From the NCBI GenBank assembly GCA_020632575.1, contig JACKFH010000012.1, positions 1 to 64,000 of the forward strand: DNA of 64,000 bases, in the 5' to 3' direction. Under the pieces are notes generated by a model. The model worked only from the letters and a program-made list of their open reading frames with translations, had not been told where the DNA came from and searched no databases. This DNA is from Candidatus Omnitrophota bacterium. Its GTDB lineage: Bacteria; Hinthialibacterota; Hinthialibacteria; OLB16. Numbering within the stretch: position 1 is the first letter of the stretch; the number at the start of each line of letters is the position of its first letter. Position numbers and translations under genes: made by a program. This document shows positions 8,881 through 19,194 of this stretch, one piece after another.

Positions 8881-11595
8881 ATGCCAATTGTCAAAACCTT
8901 GAAATACAAGATCGCGGGTGTGGTGATCGTAATGGGTGTTCTCGGTTATGCGGCGTTCTATCTCTATTCCAACTCGGTCGGAGTTTTGGTCTCCAACGCT
9001 CAAACCTGCTTGGATGCTGGGGATCTTAACTGTGCGCGGGAAAACCTGAATCGAGTTTTGGACAAGAACCCTAATCACCTAGACGCACTTTTTATGCTCG
9101 CCAAAATCGATTTTCAAACCGGAAATCATCAAACGCTTGAACCCGTCCTTCGGAAGGTTTTGGGAATTCAACCCGATCTCACCGAAGCTCGACAGATGCT
9201 GGCGACCCTCCTGTTATCCAAATGTCGATTTGATGACACCGAAAAGGAACTCGCCGACCTTCGCCAAGCCGGGGCCTTTTCATCCAAACAACAGGGGCAA
9301 CTCGCCTTGGTCAAGGCGGGACAGATGGTCTCCGCCACCCAACCGCTCACCCTGATTGACGAGGTGTCAACCAATATCGAGGGAGCTTTGAGCGGGGATG
9401 CTAATCAGCCCGACGCTCATCTCGCCAACGCCATATTGCAGATTCAAATGGGGGACGGCGCCGAGGCCTTGACCGAGGCTCAGTTGGCTCAACAGGCAAT
9501 GGGCGAAAACTTTATGACTCAATGGGCGATCGGTCGCGCTCGGTTTATTCAAGAGGATTTGGCTAACGCTCAGATCGCGTTCGAAAGGGCGGACACGCTT
9601 CGCCGGTCCGACCGAAATCTCCGCCCCCCCGGGGCGTGGGTCCGCGAATTGTTTCTCAACCAAGGGTTGGTCTTGATTGAACAAGGACGACTCGAGGAAG
9701 CGCAAAGGACTCTTGATATCGCCATCGAGAACGACCCCACAGCGGTTCGTCCCGCGCTGGCCTTGGTCAATCTCTTCTTGATCCAAGCCGGAGTCGGGTC
9801 TGGGAGCATTATCAGCCAAGAGAACTCGCAACGATTCTACAAGCGAGCTATCGACGAACTGAAACAAAAACCCGAACTTCTCCAATCCGACCCTGTCTAC
9901 CGATATCAGCTCGCGCTGATTCAAATCTACATTCGCGGATTCCAGGAAGCCATGGACATTTTGGAGGCGCTGACTCAAGAGGATCCCCCCTACCTCCAGG
10001 CATTTCAGGAACTCGGAAACCTCAAGAATAACCAAGCCAACTACCGAGGGGCCGCCGAGGCTTTCAAAGCGGTGGTTGAAAAAAATAAACAGGACCTGGT
10101 CGCCGCCTACAATTATGGCACCCTCATGGTGCGCATTCAGGAGATTGAGGAAGCCAGGGAATTCCTTCGCCAAGTGGTGGCTGGAAAACCGAGTTGGCTT
10201 CAGGCCAGACTGAATTTGGCCCTTTCCTACCGAATGTCGGGGATGTACGCCGACGCCTCCGCGGCCTATCAGAGAATCTTGGACCAATCGGCGAACAACA
10301 TGAACGCCCTGATCGGTCTCGGTTTGGTCGCCTTCACCCAGGGAGATCTGGAGACGGCTCGTGAGAATTTCGAGCGCGCGCGGGAAAATCACCCCGAACG
10401 GTCCCAGCCTTATTTTTATCTAGGTCAGGTCGAACTCGAGGTTGGGCGGACCGCCGAGGCGCAGTCCATGTTCGAGAAGTGTCTCTCCATCGAACCGGAG
10501 AATGAATTCGCCATCCTCTCCTTGGTCGAAATCCAGTTTCGAAAGGGTTCGTGGGAGCAAGCCAAGGAACCTTTAAATCTGATTCTAGAGAATCCCAACG
10601 CCCGCCTTACCGTGATTGCTCAGAACGCCCTGGCGCTGGTCAGTTTGATGACCGGAGACGAGGAGGAGGCCCAGGAATCTCTGGAAAGACTTTCCGAAAA
10701 CGCCTCCGATGTCGAACCCTATCTCAAGAGCGCGATCGAAACCAATCAGGCCCTGCTTCAACTTCGTAAAAAGGAATACGACAAGGCCATCGATCGAGCT
10801 CAACAAATTGTCAATCTGATCCCCAACGATGCGGACTCCTACTACAACCTCGGCACCTTCCAGCTCGAGGCGGGTCGCTACTCCGAGGCCCTGCTTTCGC
10901 TTCGGCGAGCCATCGAACTCGACCCGAACCATGTGGACGCTCAATTCAACCTCGCTGTCGCGCAATCGGCGCTGAATCGCTGGGACGACACATTGAGCAT
11001 CCTGTCCCGGTTGGGCAAGGTTGGCGACGCGCCACTGGAGTTGATTCAAAGTTTGGCCGACGCTTACCTCGGGGCGGACGATCCCCAGGCGGCGCTGGAT
11101 ATTCTCGAGCCCGCCATCGAGAACCGCGGCGGCAACGTTCAATTGCAGACCCTCCGAGTCAAGGCGCTAATCGGTGTTGGAAAAAGCGCCGAGGCGGCCA
11201 GGCTTTCGCAGGATTTGATTGCAACCTACCCGCAGGACGCCGATGTCCAATGCGCGCGAGGAATGGCCGCTTTCTTGTCCGGAGACGTAAAAGGCGGAGA
11301 GACCTCCATGCGACGAGCGCTGCAGATTCGAACCGAGGATCCGAACCTGAAATTGAATCTGGCGACACTCCTGATAGCGAAAGGGGATTACGACGAATTC
11401 GAGGAGGCGGAAAAGCTGCTCGATGAGGTTCAGAAGCAGAACCTTTTCCTCGAAGAGGTGGCCAACCAACGCGCCTTTCTCGCCGCTCGGCGGTCCGACT
11501 ACGAGACCGCGCGGGTCTATCTCAAAAGGAGTCTTCAGAAGAATAGCAAGCAACCTAAGATTGAGACCCTTCTCAATCAGTGGGAGGGCTTGTAA
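8881..11595 (+). CDS. Large TPR-repeat protein with N-terminal membrane anchor (pilus/secretion-associated?)
   Basis: Met at 8881 lies 6 nt after AAGGGAG. An N-terminal TM helix (IAGVVIVMGVLGYAAFYLY) is followed by many 34-residue TPR-like repeats. Sits immediately upstream of the PilB/GspE ATPase. Confidence 0.7.
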   Translation: MPIVKTLKYKIAGVVIVMGVLGYAAFYLYSNSVGVLVSNAQTCLDAGDLNCARENLNRVLDKNPNHLDALFMLAKIDFQTGNHQTLEPVLRKVLGIQPDLTEARQMLATLLLSKCRFDDTEKELADLRQAGAFSSKQQGQLALVKAGQMVSATQPLTLIDEVSTNIEGALSGDANQPDAHLANAILQIQMGDGAEALTEAQLAQQAMGENFMTQWAIGRARFIQEDLANAQIAFERADTLRRSDRNLRPPGAWVRELFLNQGLVLIEQGRLEEAQRTLDIAIENDPTAVRPALALVNLFLIQAGVGSGSIISQENSQRFYKRAIDELKQKPELLQSDPVYRYQLALIQIYIRGFQEAMDILEALTQEDPPYLQAFQELGNLKNNQANYRGAAEAFKAVVEKNKQDLVAAYNYGTLMVRIQEIEEAREFLRQVVAGKPSWLQARLNLALSYRMSGMYADASAAYQRILDQSANNMNALIGLGLVAFTQGDLETARENFERARENHPERSQPYFYLGQVELEVGRTAEAQSMFEKCLSIEPENEFAILSLVEIQFRKGSWEQAKEPLNLILENPNARLTVIAQNALALVSLMTGDEEEAQESLERLSENASDVEPYLKSAIETNQALLQLRKKEYDKAIDRAQQIVNLIPNDADSYYNLGTFQLEAGRYSEALLSLRRAIELDPNHVDAQFNLAVAQSALNRWDDTLSILSRLGKVGDAPLELIQSLADAYLGADDPQAALDILEPAIENRGGNVQLQTLRVKALIGVGKSAEAARLSQDLIATYPQDADVQCARGMAAFLSGDVKGGETSMRRALQIRTEDPNLKLNLATLLIAKGDYDEFEEAEKLLDEVQKQNLFLEEVANQRAFLAARRSDYETARVYLKRSLQKNSKQPKIETLLNQWEGL

Positions 11596-11652
11596 ACTTC
11601 TGGTAAAGAGTGATGACTGCACCCGATCTCAATTTCGACAGGACCAGACAAT

Positions 11653-13515
11653 ATGGCTGAGGATCCCAAAGAGACCCGTTCGCAGGAATTGACCGGCGAC
11701 GAGGAAGCCGCCCCTCTAAATGGGGGCAAGGGCGCCGAAAAAGACCCCCAGATCGACGATCTGATGGAAGCCGCCGGTTTCCTTAACGAAACCTCCTCCT
11801 CGGAGACGGATGAGGAAGCGGCCCAACCCTATACGGAGGACATGTCCTACGCCGAGGGGTACACGGTCGACGATCAGATTGAAATTCAGCGTAGCCTTGC
11901 CGATCGGTTGGGCATCGACTATGTCGACATCGCCGAAGTTCGTCCGACCGACGAGATTCTCAAGATCCTCCCCAAACGCACAGTCACTCGATTCAAAATA
12001 TTCCCCGTCGAAAAAACCGATTCTTCTCTCAAAGTCGCCTTCTCGGACCCATACAACGTGATGGCGATGCAGGATGTCGAACTCATTCTTGAGGGGCAGG
12101 GTCTCACTATGGAAATGTGTCTCGGAAACGAGGCCGACATCGCCAGGGCCATCGATCATTGGTACACCGCCGAGCGCAATCAGATCGCCGCGATGATCGA
12201 TCAGGTTTCCGATACGGTGGTCGTTCAAGAACAGGAAAAGAAGAAGAAGGACGCGAAGACCGCCACACAGATCACCCCGACGGCCGATGAGGATGTCAAC
12301 GCTTTAGCCGAGTCGATCGAGGATGAAGACATCGACGCCGAGGCGGCGCCGCTTGTCCGGCTGGTCAACTTGATTCTCCTCAAAGCCTTGAAGATGCGGG
12401 CGAGCGATATTCACTTCGAACCTTACCCGGATGAGTTCCGGATTCGGTTCCGAGTCGACGGTGTGTTGCACGATATCGATTCGCCTCCGCAGAAACTTCA
12501 AACCGCGATGATCACCCGCCTTAAGATCATGGCCAAACTCGACTTGGCTGAAAAACGGGTGCCGCAAGACGGTCGTATTCAAATGAGGTTGGATGGTAAG
12601 GACATCGATTTCCGTGTCTCCAGCCTTCCTGCCATTTGGGGCGAGAGCATCGTGCTCCGTATTCTCGATAAGACTGGTTTGTTGCTGGGACTCGAGCAGG
12701 TCGGCTTCATGCCGGACAACGTCGCCCTGTTCAAGAAATTGATCAAGCGCCCCAACGGCATCATTCTGATGACCGGGCCGACTGGTAGCGGTAAAACCAC
12801 CACACTCTACGCCGCCTTGAACGCCATCAATACGGTGGACACCAAGATCATCACCGTGGAGCACCCGGTTGAGTACATCATTGAAGGCATCAACCAGGTC
12901 CAAGTGGATGAACACATCGGCCTCTCGTTTGGATTGGTTCTGAGGACGATGCTTCGTCAAGCCCCGAACGTGATCCTGGTCGGTGAGATGCGCGATCTCG
13001 AAACCGCCGAAACAGGCATTCGCGCCGCGCTGACCGGTCACTTGGTCTTCAGCACCCTGCACACGAACGACGCTCCGGGCGCCACCACTCGTTTGGTTGA
13101 GATGGGAATCAAGCCCTACTTGGTCTCATCCGCGCTTCAAGCGGTGATCGCCCAGCGACTGATCCGGAAGATTTGTCCGGACTGCAAGGAAATGTACTAT
13201 CCGCCGCCGGCTCACATCGAGGAGTTCGGCATGGATCCCGAGGATTTCCGTGGCCAGCCCTTCTATCAGGGCATCGGTTGTCACGCTTGCAACTTCACCG
13301 GCTACCGTGGACGAACCGCGATTCACGAAATCATGGTGATGAGCGAAGATCTCCGAGCGCTTGTGCTCAAATCCGCTTCGGCCGAAAAGGTGAGGCGCAA
13401 GGCGCGGGAAGATGGCATGAGAACTCTTCGCGAGGATGGTTGGCAAAAAATCCTCAAGGGAGACTCGACCATGGAAGAGGTCATGCGTGTGACCGCCGAC
13501 GAGTTGGTCATGTAG
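11653..13515 (+). CDS. pilB: Type IV pilus assembly / type II secretion ATPase (PilB/GspE family)
   Basis: 620 aa. Has a GspE N-terminal domain, Walker A GPTGSGKTTT, the GspE signature region and the C-terminal tetracysteine motif (CPDC...CHAC). Confidence 0.85.
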   Translation: MAEDPKETRSQELTGDEEAAPLNGGKGAEKDPQIDDLMEAAGFLNETSSSETDEEAAQPYTEDMSYAEGYTVDDQIEIQRSLADRLGIDYVDIAEVRPTDEILKILPKRTVTRFKIFPVEKTDSSLKVAFSDPYNVMAMQDVELILEGQGLTMEMCLGNEADIARAIDHWYTAERNQIAAMIDQVSDTVVVQEQEKKKKDAKTATQITPTADEDVNALAESIEDEDIDAEAAPLVRLVNLILLKALKMRASDIHFEPYPDEFRIRFRVDGVLHDIDSPPQKLQTAMITRLKIMAKLDLAEKRVPQDGRIQMRLDGKDIDFRVSSLPAIWGESIVLRILDKTGLLLGLEQVGFMPDNVALFKKLIKRPNGIILMTGPTGSGKTTTLYAALNAINTVDTKIITVEHPVEYIIEGINQVQVDEHIGLSFGLVLRTMLRQAPNVILVGEMRDLETAETGIRAALTGHLVFSTLHTNDAPGATTRLVEMGIKPYLVSSALQAVIAQRLIRKICPDCKEMYYPPPAHIEEFGMDPEDFRGQPFYQGIGCHACNFTGYRGRTAIHEIMVMSEDLRALVLKSASAEKVRRKAREDGMRTLREDGWQKILKGDSTMEEVMRVTADELVM

Positions 13516-13531
13516 CCTGCCATTATTCGAG

Positions 13532-14527
13532 TCAGCGCAAGGTCCATATCGAAGCCGCGATTTGCGGTTTGAAGGCGTCGTGGAGGTCCGTGCGCGAAAG
13601 GCCAATCATGGGTCCCCCGCCGGGTAGATGAATCTCCCCGCCGAGAATTCCCGCGTCGATCCCGTGACGACCCAAGGGCATGGGAGCGAGACTCATCCAT
13701 TGATCGGCGGCGGGATCGTAAACCTCCACCTCATCGAAGATCCCATTCGGACGACTTGATCCCTCGCCGCCAAATACAAAGATCCTTTCCAACAGCGCGG
13801 CCGAAGCAATTCCCGCTCTGGGTGTCGGAATGTCCGCCCCCGAGGTCCACGTTTCGGTCCCGGGATCGTAAATCTCCAACTCGCTCCGCAGCATCGGGTT
13901 TCTGCCGGCGATGGCGAACACCTTCCCGTTCCAGCCCTCCACAGCAAGGTGATCGCGCGGGGTCGGCATATCCGGGAGAGTCTCCCATTCCCCCGATACC
14001 GGATCGAATACCGCGAAATCACCCACGCTTCCACCCGATCGGATGCCGCCCGCCACGTATATCTTTCCGCCCACAAACGCCCCCCTTCCTCCCCCTCTCC
14101 GTGTCGGCATCGGCGACTCCTCGGTCCATCGATTCGTTGAGGGTTGGTAGCTGAAAACGGCGTTCGTGGCGGATTGGGGCGAGGCGAAAACGAGACCCCC
14201 GATGGCGTACAGTCGGTCCTCGGCGGCCACCACAGCCACATGATCGAGATCCGCCGGGAGTGGAGCGACTGTCTCCCACTGCTTGGAGTCTGGATCGTAT
14301 CGCTCGACAGTGTCGACAACCGCTGGAGTGGAATCGATCCCCCCCACGACGTAAAGGAGATCGTTTAGAACCGCGACCCCTACCTCCTGTCTGGCAGTGG
14401 GAAGGGGTGCTTTGTCCTCCCACACTCCGACAATTTCCGCGAGTGTTTCAGAACCTGAAAAGAGAGATGAGTTGAGGATCAGGGTGAAGAGCAAGCGAAG
14501 GGGGGCGGATTGTGATCGCTTTTTCAT
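13532..14527 (-). CDS. Secreted Kelch-repeat beta-propeller protein
   Basis: Signal peptide plus repeated LYVVGG / LYAIGG / IYVAGG / VFAIAGR Kelch motifs with conserved W/Y spacing. Confidence 0.6.
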   Translation of the reverse strand: MKKRSQSAPLRLLFTLILNSSLFSGSETLAEIVGVWEDKAPLPTARQEVGVAVLNDLLYVVGGIDSTPAVVDTVERYDPDSKQWETVAPLPADLDHVAVVAAEDRLYAIGGLVFASPQSATNAVFSYQPSTNRWTEESPMPTRRGGGRGAFVGGKIYVAGGIRSGGSVGDFAVFDPVSGEWETLPDMPTPRDHLAVEGWNGKVFAIAGRNPMLRSELEIYDPGTETWTSGADIPTPRAGIASAALLERIFVFGGEGSSRPNGIFDEVEVYDPAADQWMSLAPMPLGRHGIDAGILGGEIHLPGGGPMIGLSRTDLHDAFKPQIAASIWTLR

Positions 14528-14549
14528 CGGGTCTCGAGGCCCCTTCGAA

Positions 14550-15623
14550 TTATCGATCTTGGAATTCCGAGCCTTCCAAATTCAAGTATTCGAACAGAGG
14601 ACTGTCGGTGCTCAAAATCAAATTGTCCTGTTGAGTGATGGTTTTCTTGAGGGCTTGGAGGGAGCGATAGAATTTGAAGAAATCGGGTTCCGAACCGAAT
14701 CCCTCCACCATGACCGTGGAGCCATCCTCGAGCGTCTCCTCGTACCCCTCCCAATAGATTTGAGCGGCTTTGGCGTCGGCATCCCCTCGGATCCGAAGCC
14801 GCTCCTTCTCCGCGTTCGCCAACATCGCCTTGACTGTCCGATCGGTCTCCGAACGAATGATGTTCGACTCTCGCTCTCCCTCCATCCGGTAACGGTTGGC
14901 GATTCGGTTCCGCTCCTCGATCATTCTGCGGTAAACCGATTCGGCGTTCTCCATCGGAAGGTCGGCCCGCTTGATCCGGACATCGACCACTTCGATGCCG
15001 TACTTGCGCGAGGTCAGATCGCAGCTTTCGGTCACCTTCTGCATCAACACCTCACGCCCCTCGTGGACCGGTTGGTTGTAGGTCTCGTACTCTCCTTCGC
15101 GAATTCCCATTACCTGGATCGGTTTCGTCGAGGAACGGATGATCTCGTAGTGAGACTGACGACCCAGTTCCTTCCTGAGCTCCGACCCCACCACGGCTCT
15201 CAGGCGAAGGGTGGCCTTGGCTTCATCTTGGACTCGCAAATAAAAGAGGAGCGGGTTTCGAATTCGCCAGCGAGCATAACTGTCGATGCTCAACTGATAC
15301 TTATCGACAGTGACTATATCCCGGGGTTGTTCATCGAACTCGATAATTCGCGCATCCACCTTCTCGACTGTTTGGATGAAGGGAACCCGCATATAAAGCC
15401 CCGGACCATTGCCAACACTGACCGAGGCTTCGGTCGCCGACCGAATTTCCTCGGCAATCTCCTCGAATTGATTCTGGTGGATGGGGTTGACGATGACCTT
15501 GACCGGTTTTCCGAGCTGGATAACCACCGCTTGTTCCGTCTCTCCGATGGTGAAAAAGATGAACGGCGAGAAAAGCACAAACAGGGCGATCAGGACAAGA
15601 ATCGGAATACGCAGTTGTTTCAT
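14550..15623 (-). CDS. hflC: SPFH/band-7 protein HflC
   Basis: N-terminal TM helix followed by an SPFH domain. Overlaps the hflK stop by 4 nt (15620-15623), the typical hflKC arrangement. Confidence 0.7.
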   Translation of the reverse strand: MKQLRIPILVLIALFVLFSPFIFFTIGETEQAVVIQLGKPVKVIVNPIHQNQFEEIAEEIRSATEASVSVGNGPGLYMRVPFIQTVEKVDARIIEFDEQPRDIVTVDKYQLSIDSYARWRIRNPLLFYLRVQDEAKATLRLRAVVGSELRKELGRQSHYEIIRSSTKPIQVMGIREGEYETYNQPVHEGREVLMQKVTESCDLTSRKYGIEVVDVRIKRADLPMENAESVYRRMIEERNRIANRYRMEGERESNIIRSETDRTVKAMLANAEKERLRIRGDADAKAAQIYWEGYEETLEDGSTVMVEGFGSEPDFFKFYRSLQALKKTITQQDNLILSTDSPLFEYLNLEGSEFQDR

Positions 15624-16696
15624 TGTTCCCGACCTCCCATAGCGTCCGATGGGGGATTGATGTCGGGTTTGGCCGTCCCCTCTCCGGACAGATGAAGAAG
15701 GGGAAGGATATTCGCGAGATTTTTATCGATGAGGGTGAAATCGGCCGATTCGAAAATCTCCTCCATCGTTTCGAGATAAAGCCGCTGGCGAGTCACTTCT
15801 TCCGAGCGCCGATACTCCTTGAGCAGCGCCGAGTACTTCTGGATTTCACCCTGCGCGGTCAAAATTCTTTCCTGGTAGTATCCCGAGGCTTCATTGACTA
15901 GTTTGGCCGCCTCGCCCTCCGCGCGGGGGATTTCCCCGTTTTCATATCCCCTGGCGCGGTTGATCTGTTCTTGTTTGTTTTCCTTGGCCGAGATGACATC
16001 TTTGAAAGCATCCTGCACGGCGTTCGGCGGTTGCGCCTCGACCATGTTGATCGTTTGAATCTCGACCCCGAGGCCGAACCGATTCGCGAGTTCCTGGCTG
16101 AAGATCAGGATGTCGTTTTCGATCTCGGACTTGCCCTCGGTGAGAGCGGCGTCGATTCCATAGTCCCCGATCACGCGACGCAAGGTTGCTTCTCCGATGT
16201 CTCTCAGCGCCTCCTCTTGTTCGCGAACATTGAACAGGTAATCGGCCGGAGAAATGATGCGGTACTGAATTTCCAACTCGACATGGAGAATGTTTTCATC
16301 CCCGGTCAACATCAGGGCTTCGTCCTGGATCATCGTTCTGTCTCGACCGGCTTCCGTGGATTGTGAGAAGAAGTTCTCCTGGCCATCCGACGACCGATAT
16401 CCGATTGGCAGGAAATGAATCTTTTGAATGTCCACTATGTGGACATTTTCAATTGGCCAGGGGAGTTTGAATCGAAGTCCAGGACCGGCTGTGCGAACGT
16501 GTTTGCCAAATCGGAGAACCACCCCCTGCTCGCCCGCTTCCACTTTGTAAAAAGGGTTGACCACGAAGACGAGCAGAAAGAGCAGAACGATGACGAGGAC
16601 GGCGCCGCCCGACCGGAAAAACTTTTGGAAAAGTTCCTTCCAATCGTTGGGAGTCCGGTTGAAAAGGAGAACCACGTTGTCGTCGTTATTCGGCAT
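15620..16696 (-). CDS. hflK: SPFH/band-7 protein HflK
   Basis: N-terminal TM helix, SPFH domain and C-terminal coiled-coil region. Sits upstream of hflC. Confidence 0.7.
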   Translation of the reverse strand: MPNNDDNVVLLFNRTPNDWKELFQKFFRSGGAVLVIVLLFLLVFVVNPFYKVEAGEQGVVLRFGKHVRTAGPGLRFKLPWPIENVHIVDIQKIHFLPIGYRSSDGQENFFSQSTEAGRDRTMIQDEALMLTGDENILHVELEIQYRIISPADYLFNVREQEEALRDIGEATLRRVIGDYGIDAALTEGKSEIENDILIFSQELANRFGLGVEIQTINMVEAQPPNAVQDAFKDVISAKENKQEQINRARGYENGEIPRAEGEAAKLVNEASGYYQERILTAQGEIQKYSALLKEYRRSEEVTRQRLYLETMEEIFESADFTLIDKNLANILPLLHLSGEGTAKPDINPPSDAMGGREQ

Positions 16697-16895
16697 GGTC
16701 TTCGGTCCGGGGAATCGACTCTGCTTTTCTTTTTGGAGAACTCACTTGGATGCATGATAGGACCAATGACTTTTTTTCGATAGGGCCATCTTCCGATGCA
16801 TCTTCGGATGCGCCACGTTGGTTTGTCCACCAATGGGGAGGTGGACGATTAACAGGCCCGCGGCTTAAGATGTCTCGGGCTCGGAGGCATGATCT

Positions 16896-18449
16896 TTGAT
16901 GAAATGGATTTTTATTGTTTTCCCAATTCTCTTTTCGATTCAGTGCATCGCGGAAAGTCCGGACAACGTTCGCTTGTCCACCGCAAAGGACTCCTCGCTT
17001 CCATCCATCCGTATTGGATCCCACTCCCAACTCTTCCTCGACGATTATCTCATCGAGTCGATGGAGGGGCTGACCCGCAAGGTGCAGTCTGTTCGGAAAT
17101 GTGGGGACAATCCGGTTCTCGTTCCGACTGAGCCTTGGGAGGAGCCCTATGCTATTGTCTACGGCTCGGTCATCAAGGAGGACGGGCTCTTTCGGATCTG
17201 GTATTACGGCTCCTCGGGAGTCTGTTACGCCCAAAGCGAAGACGGCATCCATTGGACCAAGCCGGAACTCGATTTAACTCAATACGAGGGCCTTCCCACC
17301 AACATCGTCATCGACCGAAACGCGCCCCAAACGGCGGCAAATCCATTCGAGTATTTCTATGAACTTTTCGGGGTCTGGAAGGACCCCATCGATCCCAATC
17401 CGAATCGTCGATACAAAATGGGAGTGCTTTGCATCCAGCGGAATTACGAGGGTCCGCGAGAAGATCCCTTTCATCATGGTCAACGACGAGGACTCGGAAT
17501 TGCCGCCAGTCCCGATGGCATCCATTGGAAGGAGGGGTTCGATTTCGCAACGGAGGCCATCTGCGACGGGGCCACTCATTTGATGTGGGATGCCCCGAAC
17601 GAGAAATGGGTGGTTTATGGCCGGACGAAGTATGTCGATGAACAGCTCTTGAAGATTTGGGATAACGAATGGGCCGATCGATACTACTGGGGCCGGTCTG
17701 TCGCGAGAGCCGAGAATGACAACTTGATCGATTGGCCGGAAAGTTTCCCAGGCGAGGCGCCCAGGGTGATGACTTCCGATGCCCAGGACCCTCCCGGGAC
17801 CGAGATCTACGGGATGAATGTCTTCCCTTATGAGGGGATCTACATCGCATTGATCCAGATGTTTTATAACCAACCCGAGGATTGCTTCTTGGATGTTCAA
17901 TTGGGCGTCAGTCGCGATGGAGTCCATTTCGAACGAGTCGCCGACCGGAGTCCCTTCATCCCGGTCGGCGGAACCGGAGAGTGGGATCGTTTCAATCAGT
18001 CGCCCGCCAACAATCCGCCGATCGAGGTTGGCGATGAATTGCGATTCTATTACGGGGGCCGATCCTACCGACACAGTCCGTACGATGGCCCCGACAATGG
18101 CGAGAAATTCGGCGCGGTCGGTTTCGGATCGATCCTTCGGGACCGGTTCGTCGCTCTCGAGGCCTCTTATGTCGGAGGAACTCTGACCACCCGGCCGCTC
18201 GTCCTAGATTCGATAGACCTCACACTGAACGCGGAATCCAAGTTTGGCGAGATCCGGGTCATGCTTTTGAATGACCAAGGCGAGACCCTCGCCGAATCCG
18301 AACCGATCTGTTCCGATGGTTTGAAGATCCCGATCCAGTGGAAAGAGAATCCCGACAGTAGGATCATCGAGAGCGGGATCCGAGTTCAGTTCAAAATCCG
18401 GAACGCGAAATTGTATTCCTTTCGACAACACCCCGATGACCTAAGGTAA
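16896..18449 (+). CDS. Secreted Asp-box (BNR) repeat protein, glycoside-hydrolase/sialidase-like
   Basis: Signal peptide, then repeated S-x-D-G-x-x-W Asp-box motifs (SEDGIHW, SPDGIHW, SRDGVHF). Confidence 0.5.
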   Translation: MMKWIFIVFPILFSIQCIAESPDNVRLSTAKDSSLPSIRIGSHSQLFLDDYLIESMEGLTRKVQSVRKCGDNPVLVPTEPWEEPYAIVYGSVIKEDGLFRIWYYGSSGVCYAQSEDGIHWTKPELDLTQYEGLPTNIVIDRNAPQTAANPFEYFYELFGVWKDPIDPNPNRRYKMGVLCIQRNYEGPREDPFHHGQRRGLGIAASPDGIHWKEGFDFATEAICDGATHLMWDAPNEKWVVYGRTKYVDEQLLKIWDNEWADRYYWGRSVARAENDNLIDWPESFPGEAPRVMTSDAQDPPGTEIYGMNVFPYEGIYIALIQMFYNQPEDCFLDVQLGVSRDGVHFERVADRSPFIPVGGTGEWDRFNQSPANNPPIEVGDELRFYYGGRSYRHSPYDGPDNGEKFGAVGFGSILRDRFVALEASYVGGTLTTRPLVLDSIDLTLNAESKFGEIRVMLLNDQGETLAESEPICSDGLKIPIQWKENPDSRIIESGIRVQFKIRNAKLYSFRQHPDDLR

Positions 18450-18530
18450 AAGTTGATTTTTGCCTTGCGATCCCAGGAAAATTTTCCAGCAAAATCCTCT
18501 TTTATCTTTTTGGTGTCTTATGCTTAATTA

Positions 18531-18560
18531 TTGACTTTCATCGTTTGCGGCGTGTATGAT
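18531..18560 (+). promoter_or_regulatory. Sigma-70-type promoter (-35 TTGACT, 18-nt spacer, -10 TATGAT) with AT-rich upstream element
   Basis: Read from the sequence. An AGGAGGG RBS at about 18577-18584 precedes the ATG at 18592. Confidence 0.45.
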
Positions 18561-18591
18561 CAAAAGAGGTGATCCCAGGAGGGAACCAATC

Positions 18592-18924
18592 ATGGCTGAG
18601 ATCGGATTAACACCCCAAAATATCGCTCCCCCCGCGCCTCCCCAATTTGAGGGGCGAACCCAACCTTTGGAGCGATCGCCCCAGACACAACCGGCGGTTG
18701 ACCAGCTCGAGATCAGCCCCGAGGCCGACCAGCGGTTAGCCGAGGTTCAGGCTTCGGACAATGCGGCCATTACATCCACCCAACTTTCCGTTGACGAATC
18801 CGAAAGGCCTCCCTCGGAGTCGCGTGGAGTTACTGATTTCCAACGCCAACAAGCCATTTCCAGTTTTCAAAATCGTGGTGGTCTGTTCGAGCCCCCACCC
18901 GAACTTTTCGACGAAAAGGCCTAG
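18592..18924 (+). CDS. Hypothetical 111-aa Pro/Gln/Glu-rich, probably disordered protein
   Basis: Internal ATG at 18592 is preceded by an SD sequence and the strong promoter above. Low-complexity composition, no recognisable domain. Confidence 0.4.
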   Translation: MAEIGLTPQNIAPPAPPQFEGRTQPLERSPQTQPAVDQLEISPEADQRLAEVQASDNAAITSTQLSVDESERPPSESRGVTDFQRQQAISSFQNRGGLFEPPPELFDEKA

Positions 18925-18971
18925 AGGCTCTTCCACTCCCAGCCTGTGGTCCCTCGACACTGTGTCCCGCA

Positions 18972-19035
18972 GTGGGAGCGGCATCCCTGCCGCGAAGCCC
19001 AGACCCGCGATTCGGGGCAGGGATGCCCCTCCCAC
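18972..19035. repeat. Palindromic intergenic repeat, family 1 (copy 1)
   Basis: 20-bp inverted arms GTGGGAGCGGCATCCCTGCC / GGCAGGGATGCCCCTCCCAC around a 24-nt core. About 90% identical to the second copy at 31964-32026. Confidence 0.7.
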
Positions 19036-19108
19036 GGTTCAGAAACAAGATTGGCCTTTTTTACTTTAGACCTCCCGCCCTCCCCACCGGTTCTCCAACA
19101 AAGAAAAT

Positions 19109-19137
19109 AGCCGCGAGAAGTCTCACTCCTCGCGGCT
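19109..19137. terminator. Bidirectional rho-independent terminator hairpin
   Basis: AGCCGCGAG-N11-CTCGCGGCT stem with T-rich runs on both strands. Lies between convergent genes 18592..18924 and flotillin. Confidence 0.55.
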
Positions 19138-19194
19138 TTCATTGTTGTTCCACTTCCACCCTGGTCCAGGGTCTTCCTTATCCCGACCTCGGGA

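Noticed and set aside
14397-15695. 432-aa plus-strand ORF and other long antisense ORFs (9367..10392, 12304..13062, 17274..18074, 20020..21114, 22742..23557, 35254..35931, 36310..37026, 37434..38120, 44569..45399, 47120..47929, 49470..50132, 50600..51193, 52129..52881, 53023..54132, 56251..56847, 59731..60735, 61023..61847)
   Set aside because: All lie antisense to strongly supported genes (hflC, TPR, pilB, BNR, flotillin, pspF, clpC, bamA, radical SAM genes, pilC, MBL, aminotransferase) and have the Arg/Gly/Pro-rich composition of high-GC shadow frames.
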